NCBI GenBank assembly: GCA_018242685.1
Contig: JAFEBM010000013.1
Coordinates: forward strand, 30,007-94,006
DNA from: Nitrospira sp.
Lineage (GTDB): Bacteria > Nitrospirota > Nitrospiria > Nitrospirales > Nitrospiraceae
Direction: 5' to 3'
Length of the DNA stretch: 64,000 nucleotides
Both the position numbers and the translations under genes were made by a program. The notes below the pieces were generated by a model, which saw only the letters and a program-made list of their open reading frames with translations, was not told the DNA's origin and made no database searches. Positions 33,883 through 43,451 of the stretch are shown in pieces (position 1 is the stretch's first letter; each line of letters begins with the position of its first letter).

Positions 33883-35106
33883 TCAGGCCTGAGCCTGGTC
33901 AAGATCGAATGCCGAATGGAGGGATCGCATGGCCAGTTCGAGATACTTCTCGTCGATGACGCAGGAGATTTTGATCTCCGAGGTGCTGATCATCATGATA
34001 TTGATCCCTTCTCGTGAGAGGACATCGAACATTTTGGCCGCCACGCCTGAGTGCGACCGCATGCCCACGCCGATGAGCGAGACTTTGGCGATCGCCTCGG
34101 TGACCGAAACCGATTTTGCCTCGATGTCTTTCGCCACCGCTTGAATGATCGGTACGGCCTTCTTGAGATCGGCGCGGGGCACGGTAAAGGAGAGGTCAGT
34201 CAGAGCTGCTTGGCTCATATTTTGAATAATCATATCGACGTTGATATGGGCTTCCGCGACGGAGCCAAAAATCCTGGCGGCGATTCCCGGTTTGTCCGGC
34301 ACCCCAACGACTGTAATCTTCGCTTGATTGCGGTCCCCGGTCACGCCGGCGATGGCCGCCGCTTCCATGTCCCTATCTTCCTTCGTCACAAGCGTTCCCT
34401 TTCCTTCCTTGAAACTGGAATTCACTTCAATCGGGACATTGAATTTGGCTGCAAACTCGACCGATCTACTCTGGAGAACCTTCGCGCCGAGACTGGCCAT
34501 TTCGAGCATTTCCTCATACGCGATCTTACCGATTCGTTTTGCCGCCGGAACAATATTAGGATCGGCCGTATAGACCCCATCGACGTCGGTGAAGATGACG
34601 CACCGGTCCGCCTTCAAGGCCGCCGCCAGCGCAACGGCAGAGAGATCGGACCCGCCACGGCCGAGGGTGGTCACGTCGGACTGCTCGTTGATCCCCTGGA
34701 ATCCTGCCACGACCGGGATGACGCCCTGCTTCAAGGCCTCCTTGATGCGATCCGCCGTGACCCGTGCGATCCGGGCTTTGGTATGGGCACTATCGGTGAT
34801 GATGCCGACCTGGCGTCCCGTAAAGGACCGGGCATTGATCCCTCGACCCCGCAATTCCATCGACAGCAGCGCGATGGTAATCCGCTCTCCCGTCGAGAGC
34901 AGCATGTCCATTTCGCGTTCGTCCGGAACGGTGGTCACTTCATGCGCGAGCTTGACCAGCCGATCCGTCTCCCCGCTCATCGCCGAGAGGACGACGACGA
35001 CCTGATTCCCCTCTCGTTGCGTGTGAGCCACCCGGTCGGCAACCAGGTGGATCCGCTCAATCGTTCCCACGGACGTCCCTCCGTATTTTTGAACGATCAG
35101 CGCCAT
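33883..35106 (-). CDS. lysC: Aspartate kinase
   Basis: [14 protein letters not shown] and [14 protein letters not shown], with two C-terminal ACT regions. Confidence 0.95.
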   Translation of the reverse strand: MALIVQKYGGTSVGTIERIHLVADRVAHTQREGNQVVVVLSAMSGETDRLVKLAHEVTTVPDEREMDMLLSTGERITIALLSMELRGRGINARSFTGRQVGIITDSAHTKARIARVTADRIKEALKQGVIPVVAGFQGINEQSDVTTLGRGGSDLSAVALAAALKADRCVIFTDVDGVYTADPNIVPAAKRIGKIAYEEMLEMASLGAKVLQSRSVEFAAKFNVPIEVNSSFKEGKGTLVTKEDRDMEAAAIAGVTGDRNQAKITVVGVPDKPGIAARIFGSVAEAHINVDMIIQNMSQAALTDLSFTVPRADLKKAVPIIQAVAKDIEAKSVSVTEAIAKVSLIGVGMRSHSGVAAKMFDVLSREGINIMMISTSEIKISCVIDEKYLELAMRSLHSAFDLDQAQA

Positions 35107-35111
35107 GGGGA

Positions 35112-36320
35112 TCAGTTTTTTGAAAAGAACTTGTTCACGAATTTGGTCGCATCACGAGCCGGCATGTTCACGGCAAGCGCATCGGCCTCGGTGAAACGGC
35201 GACCGGCTGTCCCCGATCCTGTCCCCCCTCCTTCACCAAACGTATAGAATGCCGGACTCTGCGGATCTTCCGCGTGATCACAGATCACGAGGAAACGATA
35301 GGGACCTTGCTCGGCCAGACCTTCAACGAGTGGACCCACCAAATCCCGATCGAACTCCTCAATCTCGCACACCTTGGCCTTGATATCGGTCCCGTGGATC
35401 ACCTCGTCCGTTAATTCAGCATGCACGTACACAAAATCCTTCTTGGAAAATTCCTCCAGCGCGACCGCCGCCTTGGTGCGAAGATCGCCGTCGGCCAGTC
35501 TCTCGGGATCCACCGCTTCAAGCCCCGCGTTCATTCCTACACCACGATAGACGTCACTGGTCGCCACGACCACCCCTCCGACGTCATATTTTTCCACCAA
35601 GCTCGGCCACATGACCGCTCGTCCTTCACCCCACAACCAGATACAGTTCGCCGGTTTCTTCCCCGCTGCGACCCGATCTTCGTTCACAGGATGGTCGCGC
35701 AGGGTCAGGTGCGCGGTATCCATCAACTTCCGGAGAATATCCGACCCGTCCCCCGTGGGTAAGGCATCCGCGATGGGTTGACCGAGGATCGTCTGTGGAT
35801 CGGTACAGAAGGCTCGCGATTTTCCGTCCACCCAGACCATCAGATGACGATGACCGGCGCCTGGATAAAACTGGATGGTTTCCGAGCCGAGCTGTTCATT
35901 GATCGCTTCGATCAGTTCGCGCGCGTCTTCGGTTTCAATCAACCCGGCCGTCGCATCATCCATCATCACGTGCGGCCCTAATTTCTTGATCTCAGCGCCC
36001 TTCCCGCCCTCCGGACGCAAGGTGACCATCGTACAGCGATAGACCACATCGTGTTCCCCCACCGAGACACCCAAGCTTGCCGCTTCCAACGGCCCAGGGC
36101 CTTGATAAAACTTTCTCGGGTCGTACCCAAGAATCGCGGCTCCGATCAATCCGCTCCCGTGACGAACTCCGTCTGCGGGAATCAGCAGCTGACCGAGTTC
36201 TCCAATCTGTGCGAGACGATCGAGATTGGGAGTCGATGACGCTTGCAGCGCGGTGCGCCCCTCCAATTCCGGTCTCGGACGATCCGCCATTCCACCGGCA
36301 TGCACCATCACATATTTCAT
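35112..36320 (-). CDS. ApgM-family (cofactor-independent phosphoglycerate mutase-like) protein; proposed non-canonical homoserine kinase
   Basis: [37 protein letters not shown] matches the archaeal-type iPGM family N-terminus. The gene sits between thrC and lysC, and no thrB is in the operon. ORF max end is 36344; ATG 36320 is preferred. Confidence 0.7.
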   Translation of the reverse strand: MKYVMVHAGGMADRPRPELEGRTALQASSTPNLDRLAQIGELGQLLIPADGVRHGSGLIGAAILGYDPRKFYQGPGPLEAASLGVSVGEHDVVYRCTMVTLRPEGGKGAEIKKLGPHVMMDDATAGLIETEDARELIEAINEQLGSETIQFYPGAGHRHLMVWVDGKSRAFCTDPQTILGQPIADALPTGDGSDILRKLMDTAHLTLRDHPVNEDRVAAGKKPANCIWLWGEGRAVMWPSLVEKYDVGGVVVATSDVYRGVGMNAGLEAVDPERLADGDLRTKAAVALEEFSKKDFVYVHAELTDEVIHGTDIKAKVCEIEEFDRDLVGPLVEGLAEQGPYRFLVICDHAEDPQSPAFYTFGEGGGTGSGTAGRRFTEADALAVNMPARDATKFVNKFFSKN

Positions 36321-36336
36321 GAGATCCACACGTCTT

Positions 36337-37395
36337 TCAGACATTCAAGAGACGAGCAACGTCCTCGCGCGTTGCCTTGACGGTGACCGGTTGCTTGGAT
36401 ACGCTGATCGCCGTATCGGCATCCTTCAAACCATGCCCTGTCAGCGTGCATACGACTGTCTCTCCCTCCCGTAGAATCTTGGTTCGATGCAGTTTGGCGA
36501 CGCCGGCAACGGACGCAGCCGAAGCCGGCTCACAAAAAACTCCTTCTGTGGCCGCGACCATCGTATAGGCCTGGAGAATTTCTTCATCCGTGACCATATC
36601 GATCGCGCCCGCCGATTCCTCTATTGCGCTCAGCGCCGCGGACCAGCTGGCCGGATTGCCGATTCGAATGGCCGTCGCGATAGTCTGCGGTTGGTCGATG
36701 ACTCTGCCCAACACGATCGGAGCGGCGCCGGCGGCTTGAAAGCCCATCATGCGAGGCACGCGCGTGATTTGATTCGCCGACCGATACTCTTTGTATCCTT
36801 TCCAATAGGCGGTGATATTTCCTGCATTTCCGACCGGCAAGACATGAAGGGTCGGCGCGTCGCCGAGCTGATCACACACCTCAAAGGCCGCGGTCTTTTG
36901 ACCTTCAATTCTGAATGGATTGACCGAGTTGACTAATTCGATGTGCAGCGACGCCGAAAAGTCTTTGACGAGCGCCAGAGCTTGATCAAAGTTCCCCTCG
37001 ATCTGAATGACCGTCGCCTGATGCATCATCGCCTGGGACAGCTTCCCCATGGCGATCTTTCCGGCTGGAATCAACACGTACACCGACAACCCGGCGCGAG
37101 CCCCGTAAGCGGCGGCCGAGGCGGACGTGTTACCGGTCGATGCGCACATGACGGCCCGCGCGCCGGCTTCGACTGCCTTCGAGATGGCGAATGTCATACC
37201 ACGGTCTTTGAACGACCCGGTAGGATTGACGCCCTCAAATTTGAGGTAGAGCTCGATCCCCGGTGCGATCGCCTTGGCCAATCGCGTGGCACGAATCAAG
37301 GGCGTGTTCCCTTCGCCTAAACTGATGACCGGAGTCTTCTCAGTCATGGGCAGGAATTTGCGATATTCCTCTATGACTCCACGCCAACGATTCAT
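36337..37395 (-). CDS. thrC: Threonine synthase
   Basis: EGVNPTGSFKDRGMT (PLP lysine motif). 352 aa. Confidence 0.93.
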   Translation of the reverse strand: MNRWRGVIEEYRKFLPMTEKTPVISLGEGNTPLIRATRLAKAIAPGIELYLKFEGVNPTGSFKDRGMTFAISKAVEAGARAVMCASTGNTSASAAAYGARAGLSVYVLIPAGKIAMGKLSQAMMHQATVIQIEGNFDQALALVKDFSASLHIELVNSVNPFRIEGQKTAAFEVCDQLGDAPTLHVLPVGNAGNITAYWKGYKEYRSANQITRVPRMMGFQAAGAAPIVLGRVIDQPQTIATAIRIGNPASWSAALSAIEESAGAIDMVTDEEILQAYTMVAATEGVFCEPASAASVAGVAKLHRTKILREGETVVCTLTGHGLKDADTAISVSKQPVTVKATREDVARLLNV

Positions 37396-37398
37396 CGG

Positions 37399-38712
37399 TT
37401 ACTCGTCCTTGCCTTCCACGCGAATGAGGGTCGTCGGTTCGGAGACAAATGCTTGCTGATTGATTTCACGAAGCGCAGTTTGCACATCCCGCTCTTTCGC
37501 AGTATGCGTCTTGATGACGACCGGCACCGTTTGCCCTTCACGGCGCCCTTGTTGCATCATCGAAGAAATGCTGATCCCACAGCGGCCTAACTCGCCTGCG
37601 ATCTGCGCCAACACGCCTGGTCGATCGACCACCGTAAACCGCAGGTAATACAGCGAGCTGATCTCTTCCATCGATCTCAACCGGAGCGGTTTTCTCCGAT
37701 CCTGCTGAAACGACGCCGCTGAGACCCGACCGACGGCGCCTTTGAGCAGATTCCGGCCGATCGCGATCACATCGCTCACCACAGCACTCCCGGTCGGCAT
37801 GGACCCTGCTCCCCGACCATACAGCACCACGTCACCAACGGCATCTCCGACGAACTGAATGGCATTGTACACATCTTCGACTTGGGCGATGGGCGACGCG
37901 GCGGGAAGCATAGTGGGATGGACTCGAGCCTCGATTTCCCCATCCACGAGCTTCGCGATACCAAGCGATTTGATCGTATATCCAAACTGTTTTGCGTAGG
38001 CAATATCGGTCGGCGTGATGCCCGTAATCCCTTCCGTATAGATGTCCTTGAAGTTGACGGGTGTTCCATACGCGAGATTGACCAGGATGGCAAGCTTGTG
38101 CGCCGAGTCGATCCCGGCAACGTCGAACGTCGGATCGGCCTCGGCATATCCGGCCTGCTGTGCATCCCGGAGAACCTCATGGAAACTGTGTCCCTCATGG
38201 GTCATTCTGGATAAAATATAGTTGGACGTCCCATTGATGATGCCGTAGATGGACTCGATCGTATTACCGGCGAGCCCCTCGGTCAACGCTCGAACAACAG
38301 GAATACCGCCGCCGACGCTGGCTTCAAACCCCAACTCTACGCCTTTGCGCGTGACGGCCTCAAAAATTTCCTCCCCGTGAAGGGCGAGAAGCGCTTTGTT
38401 CGCCGTCACGACATGCTTCCCGGCGGCGATCGCATCGAGGATCACTCGTTTGGCCGTATCATACCCGCCGATCAGTTCGATCACGATATCGATATTCGGA
38501 TCGGTCAGGACGCGATCGATCTCGCTGGTGAGCACTCCCGAGGCCAATGCCACCCCACGGTCTTTCGCCACGTCCAAATCCGCCACCTGGAGAAGTTCGA
38601 TCGGCACACCAACCCGGCGGCTGATGATGGCGGCATTGTTCAGGAGGACCTTGGCCACACCCGTACCGACTGTGCCGAACCCGACAATTCCGACTCCAAT
38701 GCGCGACCTCAT
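37399..38712 (-). CDS. hom: Homoserine dehydrogenase
   Basis: [18 protein letters not shown] fold, with a C-terminal ACT domain ([19 protein letters not shown]). Confidence 0.93.
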   Translation of the reverse strand: MRSRIGVGIVGFGTVGTGVAKVLLNNAAIISRRVGVPIELLQVADLDVAKDRGVALASGVLTSEIDRVLTDPNIDIVIELIGGYDTAKRVILDAIAAGKHVVTANKALLALHGEEIFEAVTRKGVELGFEASVGGGIPVVRALTEGLAGNTIESIYGIINGTSNYILSRMTHEGHSFHEVLRDAQQAGYAEADPTFDVAGIDSAHKLAILVNLAYGTPVNFKDIYTEGITGITPTDIAYAKQFGYTIKSLGIAKLVDGEIEARVHPTMLPAASPIAQVEDVYNAIQFVGDAVGDVVLYGRGAGSMPTGSAVVSDVIAIGRNLLKGAVGRVSAASFQQDRRKPLRLRSMEEISSLYYLRFTVVDRPGVLAQIAGELGRCGISISSMMQQGRREGQTVPVVIKTHTAKERDVQTALREINQQAFVSEPTTLIRVEGKDE

Positions 38713-39905
38713 TCTTCGTCCCCATCAAGCTTGAGGGCCTTGCGAATACCCCGGACGGCTTGCCTGGTTCGATGTTCATTCTCCACGAGTCCAAATCGCA
38801 CGTACTCATCGCCACCTTCCCCGAATCCAATCCCTGGAGAAATGGCGACTTTCGCCTCTTTGAGTAGGAGCTTCGAGAACTCCAGCGAACCCATATGCCG
38901 ATAGGGCAAGGGAATGCGTGCCCACACAAACATCGTGGCCAACGGTTTTGCGACCTGCCAGCCGATCCGATTCAGCCCACCCACCAGCGTATCTCGACGT
39001 TTTTGGTAACGCTGAACGGTTTCCTTGACACAATCCTGAGGGCCGTTCAATGCGATCACACTCGCGATCTGAAGCGGCTGGAAAATACCATAGTCGAGAT
39101 AGCTTTTGATCTTCGCCAAGGCTCCGACGACCTCTCGATTACCGACACAAAACCCCACACGCCAGCCGGGCATGTTGTAGGCCTTGGACAATGTGTAAAA
39201 CTCTACCCCGCAGTCTTTGGCTCCCGGGATCTGAAGAAAGCTCGGCGCTTTATACCCGTCGAACACAAGGTCGGCGTAGGCGAGGTCGTGAATGACGATG
39301 ACGTTGTGTTCCTTGGCAAAGGCCACGATCTTCTTGAAGAATTCTAAATTTACCACCGCTGTGGTGGGATTGTGGGGAAAATTAATCACGAGAATCTTCG
39401 GTCTCGGAAACGTCTGCCGATAGACACGCATCAGATCTTCGAAAAAATCGCTGTCCTGGCGGAGTTCGATACCGCGAACCTCACCACCGGCAATGATGAA
39501 GCTGTACATGTGGATGGGATAGGTCGGCGTCGGAGTCAGGACCACATCCCCCGGGCCGATCATGGCCAAGGCCAGGTGAGCGAGACCTTCTTTCGATCCG
39601 ATGGTGACGATGGCTTCCGTCTCCGGATCCAGGTCGACATCGTAGTTTCGCTTGTACCATCCACAAATCGCGTGCCGCAGCTTCGTGATGCCACGCGAGG
39701 CCGAGTACCGATGATTTTTTGCCTTGCGGGCTGCCTCGACCATTTTCTCGACGATATGAGGCGGTGTCGGTTGATCGGGATTGCCCATCCCAAAATCAAT
39801 AATGTCTTCCCCTCGTTGCCGAGCCTCAAGCTTGAGGGATTGAACCTGCGCGAAGACGTACGGCGGGAGTCGCTTGATTCGATAAAAACCTTCGCCCAAC
39901 CCCAT
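38709..39905 (-). CDS. Class I/II PLP-dependent aminotransferase (AlaC/YfdZ-like)
   Basis: ORF 38709..39938 starts at TTG; ATG at 39905 after AAGGAAG gives [21 protein letters not shown]. Motifs [13 protein letters not shown] and [12 protein letters not shown] (PLP lysine). Confidence 0.85.
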   Translation of the reverse strand: MGLGEGFYRIKRLPPYVFAQVQSLKLEARQRGEDIIDFGMGNPDQPTPPHIVEKMVEAARKAKNHRYSASRGITKLRHAICGWYKRNYDVDLDPETEAIVTIGSKEGLAHLALAMIGPGDVVLTPTPTYPIHMYSFIIAGGEVRGIELRQDSDFFEDLMRVYRQTFPRPKILVINFPHNPTTAVVNLEFFKKIVAFAKEHNVIVIHDLAYADLVFDGYKAPSFLQIPGAKDCGVEFYTLSKAYNMPGWRVGFCVGNREVVGALAKIKSYLDYGIFQPLQIASVIALNGPQDCVKETVQRYQKRRDTLVGGLNRIGWQVAKPLATMFVWARIPLPYRHMGSLEFSKLLLKEAKVAISPGIGFGEGGDEYVRFGLVENEHRTRQAVRGIRKALKLDGDEE

Positions 39906-40193
39906 GAACTTCCTTTGACGATTGTGAGATATTCCCAAACTAACTCATTGCATACATGAGCGAAGGGATGTGGGAAGCGCGTATTTTAATGGAGGGCTTT
40001 GGTCGAGTCAATTTGCCTCATTTCTTGGGGTTCTGAAGTTGCCAAGGGCAGAGACTTCTCATCCCCGTCCTCCACCTATCGGCGAACCCGTTCTTGCTCC
40101 CTCTCGATCCTTTCTGCTACTAATAACGTTTGATTGCAGGGTCTACCTGCCTCAGGCGCTCATGATCAGACTGATGTGGATTCAGGAGGATGG

Positions 40194-40907
40194 ATGGCTC
40201 GGCTTGGAGTGAATATCGATCACGTCGCGACCTTGCGACAGGCGCGCGGAGGAGCCGATCCGGATCCTTTGACGGCAGCTGTCCTTGTCGAACTGGCAGG
40301 AGCAGACGGCTTGGTCGTTCATCTGCGGGAAGACCGGCGTCATATCCAAGACCGAGACCTTCAGCTCCTTCGCGAAATAGCCCGGACGAAGCTCGACCTC
40401 GAAATGGCGGCCGACGGGGAAATGGCGAAAATCGCCTTGAACATCAAGCCCGACCTTGTCACGTTGGTCCCGGAAAAGCGGCAGGAACTCACCACGGAAG
40501 GTGGCCTCGATATTGTAGGACAGCGCGACCGAATTCAAGGCATTGTGACACTGCTGCACAACGGGGGGATTCCCGTCAGCGTCTTTGTCGAGCCGGACCT
40601 GAATCAGATCAGGGCCGCCCACAAAATTGCCGCTGATTTCGTGGAGCTGCATACCGGTCGTTACGCGAACGCCACACGGTCCAAAGAAGCCGATTCGGAA
40701 TTTGAGGCCATTACCCACGCCGCCAAGCTGGCCTACAAACTCGGGATCGGAGTCAATGCCGGTCATGGACTGAATTACCGCAACATCAAGCGCCTGACGC
40801 ATATTCCTGAAATCGTGGAGTACAACATCGGGCACAGCATCATCGCACGGGCGGTCCTCGTCGGTCTCGAACAGGCCGTGAAAGAGATGAAGGCCTTGCT
40901 CGACTAA
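40194..40907 (+). CDS. pdxJ: Pyridoxine 5'-phosphate synthase
   Basis: ATG at 40194 after AGGAGGA gives [19 protein letters not shown]. Further motifs HLREDRRHI and VNAGHGL. Confidence 0.95.
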   Translation: MARLGVNIDHVATLRQARGGADPDPLTAAVLVELAGADGLVVHLREDRRHIQDRDLQLLREIARTKLDLEMAADGEMAKIALNIKPDLVTLVPEKRQELTTEGGLDIVGQRDRIQGIVTLLHNGGIPVSVFVEPDLNQIRAAHKIAADFVELHTGRYANATRSKEADSEFEAITHAAKLAYKLGIGVNAGHGLNYRNIKRLTHIPEIVEYNIGHSIIARAVLVGLEQAVKEMKALLD

Positions 40908-40958
40908 TCGGATGTCGTCGACTCACAGAGTCCGCCCGTTCAATATCCCAAATTCATC

Positions 40959-42557
40959 ATGACCAAGATCATCACCGCGGCGCAAATGCAGGAGCTCGAC
41001 CGCCGAACGATTTCAGAGGCGCATATCCCGGCGACGACGCTGATGGAACGAGCCGGGTCCGGCGTCGTCTCTTGTCTTGAGCAACGGTCGGGATCTGTGC
41101 GGGGCAAGACAGTCACCATTGTGTGCGGCAAAGGCAACAATGGGGGGGATGGGTTCGTCGCTGCTCGCCTATTCCGTCGACGCCATGCGAAGGTGCGCGT
41201 GCTCGCCTTGGCGCCTGTCTCCGAACTGAGCCGCGATGCGGCTGCGATGTATAGGCAATTCGTTCGTGGCGCAGGAAAATCTTCCGTTTACCTCTACACG
41301 TCCCGAGCTCAGAGCCAAGCACTTTTGCATGACAGTGATATCATCGTCGATGCCCTCCTCGGGACAGGACTTTCCTCGGCTGTAACCGGACGCTATGCCG
41401 AAGCCATTGACAGCATCAACGAAACCAGTTGTCCCGTGGTGGCGGTCGATCTTCCATCGGGCCTCCATGCCGATACCGGAACGATCCTGAGTCGAGCCGT
41501 TCGTGCCTCTCTCACCGTGACCTTTGGGCTTCCAAAGCTGGGCCTCTATCAGAGGGATGGGATCGACCTGGCGGGAGAGGTGGCCATCGTGGACATCGGA
41601 ATTCCGCCGGCCTACATTGACGCGGTCGAGAGCCGAACGACATTGATGACACAGCACGTGGTACGGGCATACCTGCCGAGACGTCAACCATCGAGTCACA
41701 AAGGAACATTCGGCCACGCCGGCATTATTGCCGGATCCGTTGGAAAAACCGGGGCTGCCGCCATGGCCGCACGAGCGGCCCTGCGTGTCGGCGCGGGCCT
41801 CGTAACTGTCGCAGTCCCGACAAGCGTCAACGATGTCTTGGAAGCAAAGCTGTTGGAAGCGATGACGGTTCCAATGCCTGAAACCAAAGCGCGCACCTTT
41901 GCGCGGACCGCATTGGATCGGCTCGTCGCCTTCATGGCGGCCAGAACCGCTATCGCGATCGGTCCAGGAATATCCACTCATCCTGAAACGGTTGAACTCG
42001 TCCAGGCCTTGACGAAGCAGCTTGACCGGCCGGCTGTCCTGGATGCAGACGCGCTGAACGCGCTGACTGGACGGACCGCGCTCCTGGCTTCTTGCAAAAC
42101 ACCGCCCATCATCACGCCCCACCCGGGAGAAATGGCGCGACTGGAGGCTGATGCAACGCCTCAGACCGTCAACAGCGATCGGATCGGGTTTGCCTCCCGC
42201 TTCGCGCGAGAGCGAGGCCTGTTCGTCGTCCTGAAAGGGGCTCGGACCGTCATCGCCCGACCGGATGGAGCCGTCGCGATTTGCCCTACCGGCAATCCAG
42301 GAATGGCGACAGCAGGAACAGGTGATGTGTTGACCGGTATGATGGTGGGACTCTTAGCCCAAGGCCTGTCTTCTTGGGAGGCGGCCTGTGCCGCGACATA
42401 CCTGCATGGAGCCGCCGGCGATTTGGCTGCAGCCCAAAAGGGACAAGCCGGGTTGATCGCGGGAGACGTGATCGAGGAGATTCCCCATGCCCTCAGGCTC
42501 ATGCAGCAGGCTTCATCACAAGACAAACCCACTGAAATATGGAACGCTCTCCTGTGA
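40959..42557 (+). CDS. nnr: Bifunctional NAD(P)H-hydrate repair enzyme (epimerase / ADP-dependent dehydratase)
   Basis: YjeF_N (CGKGNNGGDGFV) plus a carbohydrate-kinase domain (SHKGTFGH, GTGDVLTG). Confidence 0.92.
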   Translation: MTKIITAAQMQELDRRTISEAHIPATTLMERAGSGVVSCLEQRSGSVRGKTVTIVCGKGNNGGDGFVAARLFRRRHAKVRVLALAPVSELSRDAAAMYRQFVRGAGKSSVYLYTSRAQSQALLHDSDIIVDALLGTGLSSAVTGRYAEAIDSINETSCPVVAVDLPSGLHADTGTILSRAVRASLTVTFGLPKLGLYQRDGIDLAGEVAIVDIGIPPAYIDAVESRTTLMTQHVVRAYLPRRQPSSHKGTFGHAGIIAGSVGKTGAAAMAARAALRVGAGLVTVAVPTSVNDVLEAKLLEAMTVPMPETKARTFARTALDRLVAFMAARTAIAIGPGISTHPETVELVQALTKQLDRPAVLDADALNALTGRTALLASCKTPPIITPHPGEMARLEADATPQTVNSDRIGFASRFARERGLFVVLKGARTVIARPDGAVAICPTGNPGMATAGTGDVLTGMMVGLLAQGLSSWEAACAATYLHGAAGDLAAAQKGQAGLIAGDVIEEIPHALRLMQQASSQDKPTEIWNALL

Positions 42558-42567
42558 GGACGTTCCC

Positions 42568-43110
42568 ATGGCGACATCCATTAGCTCTCTTGACCTTATC
42601 CTCTCATCTTCCGATGAGACAGAATCGTTCGGACAGACCATTGGCCGACTGCTTCGTGGCGGAGAGGTGCTCGCCTTGATCGGTGAATTGGGTGCAGGTA
42701 AGACGGCGCTGGTCCGCGGGATCGTTACCGGGCTCGACGCACCGGCTGCGTCCGTCACGAGTCCGACGTTCCTGCTTGTCCATGAATACCAAGGGCGGCT
42801 TCCGGTGGTTCATATTGATTTGTACCGGTTGCAGAGACTTGAAGAAACCGAGTTGATCGGCCTATCGGATTACCTCACGGACGAGGTGGTCGTTGCCATT
42901 GAGTGGGCAGACCGGTTTCCCCAATGGCTCCCGGAAGACCGGCTGGAAGTGCGGCTGGCCCATCGGACCAGAACGACCAGAGGAGTACGGGTGGAAGCAA
43001 GAGGTTCACGCTCTCGCTCACTTCTCGCTCAAATCAAGAACAGAGAGCGTCCGACTTCTCGATTAGTCAGAACAAGTCTGAAGGCCGGTAGAAAGACTTC
43101 GCCGCGATGA
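42568..43110 (+). CDS. tsaE: tRNA t6A biosynthesis ATPase TsaE
   Basis: ATG at 42568. Motifs LIGELGAGKTALVRG, SPTFLLVHEY and HIDLYRL. Arg/Ser-rich C-terminal tail. Confidence 0.88.
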   Translation: MATSISSLDLILSSSDETESFGQTIGRLLRGGEVLALIGELGAGKTALVRGIVTGLDAPAASVTSPTFLLVHEYQGRLPVVHIDLYRLQRLEETELIGLSDYLTDEVVVAIEWADRFPQWLPEDRLEVRLAHRTRTTRGVRVEARGSRSRSLLAQIKNRERPTSRLVRTSLKAGRKTSPR

Positions 43111-43451
43111 CACGGCTGATTCTGGTCGGCATACTTTTTCTCCTTTCGTTGGCCTTCTTTCTTCAAAACCAGGAGCAAGAAGTCACACTGCGCTATTTTT
43201 TTGGATTGCTCGAAGCCTCAACTCCCATTTACAAACCCATCATGGCCGGTTTTGTGATCGGCCTTTTGGTCGCGGCCATCTTGTTGTTTCCTCCTTGGGT
43301 ACGTGGGCGGATCGATCTTCGACGAAAGACGAAGGCCTTACAGGAAGCCGAGGTGAACTTGGAGCGGCTTCGGCAATCGCTTGAGAAGATCTCCGGACGG
43401 ACTCAGAGTTCCGCTCAAATCGAGTCTTCGAGAGACCTCGCCGATGAATGA
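43107..43451 (+). CDS. LapA-domain (DUF1049) inner-membrane protein
   Basis: Two TM segments plus a C-terminal coiled region. MTRLILVGILFLLSLAFFLQNQEQEVTLRYFFG. ATGA overlap with tsaE. Confidence 0.65.
   Translation: MTRLILVGILFLLSLAFFLQNQEQEVTLRYFFGLLEASTPIYKPIMAGFVIGLLVAAILLFPPWVRGRIDLRRKTKALQEAEVNLERLRQSLEKISGRTQSSAQIESSRDLADE

Noticed and set aside
34051-35247. 398-aa ORF antisense to lysC
   Set aside because: It overlaps the aspartokinase gene and the 3' end of the next gene. It is Arg/Gly/Asp-rich and low in complexity, with no independent support.
41169-42122. 317-aa ORF antisense to nnr, and the similar 40182..40835 ORF antisense to pdxJ
   Set aside because: Both are shadow ORFs inside genes with clear family motifs on the other strand.
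42958-43110. Arg/Ser-rich C-terminal tail of TsaE as a distinct functional module
   Set aside because: It is only a short low-complexity extension overlapping the next gene's start, and cannot be evaluated without an orthologue alignment.
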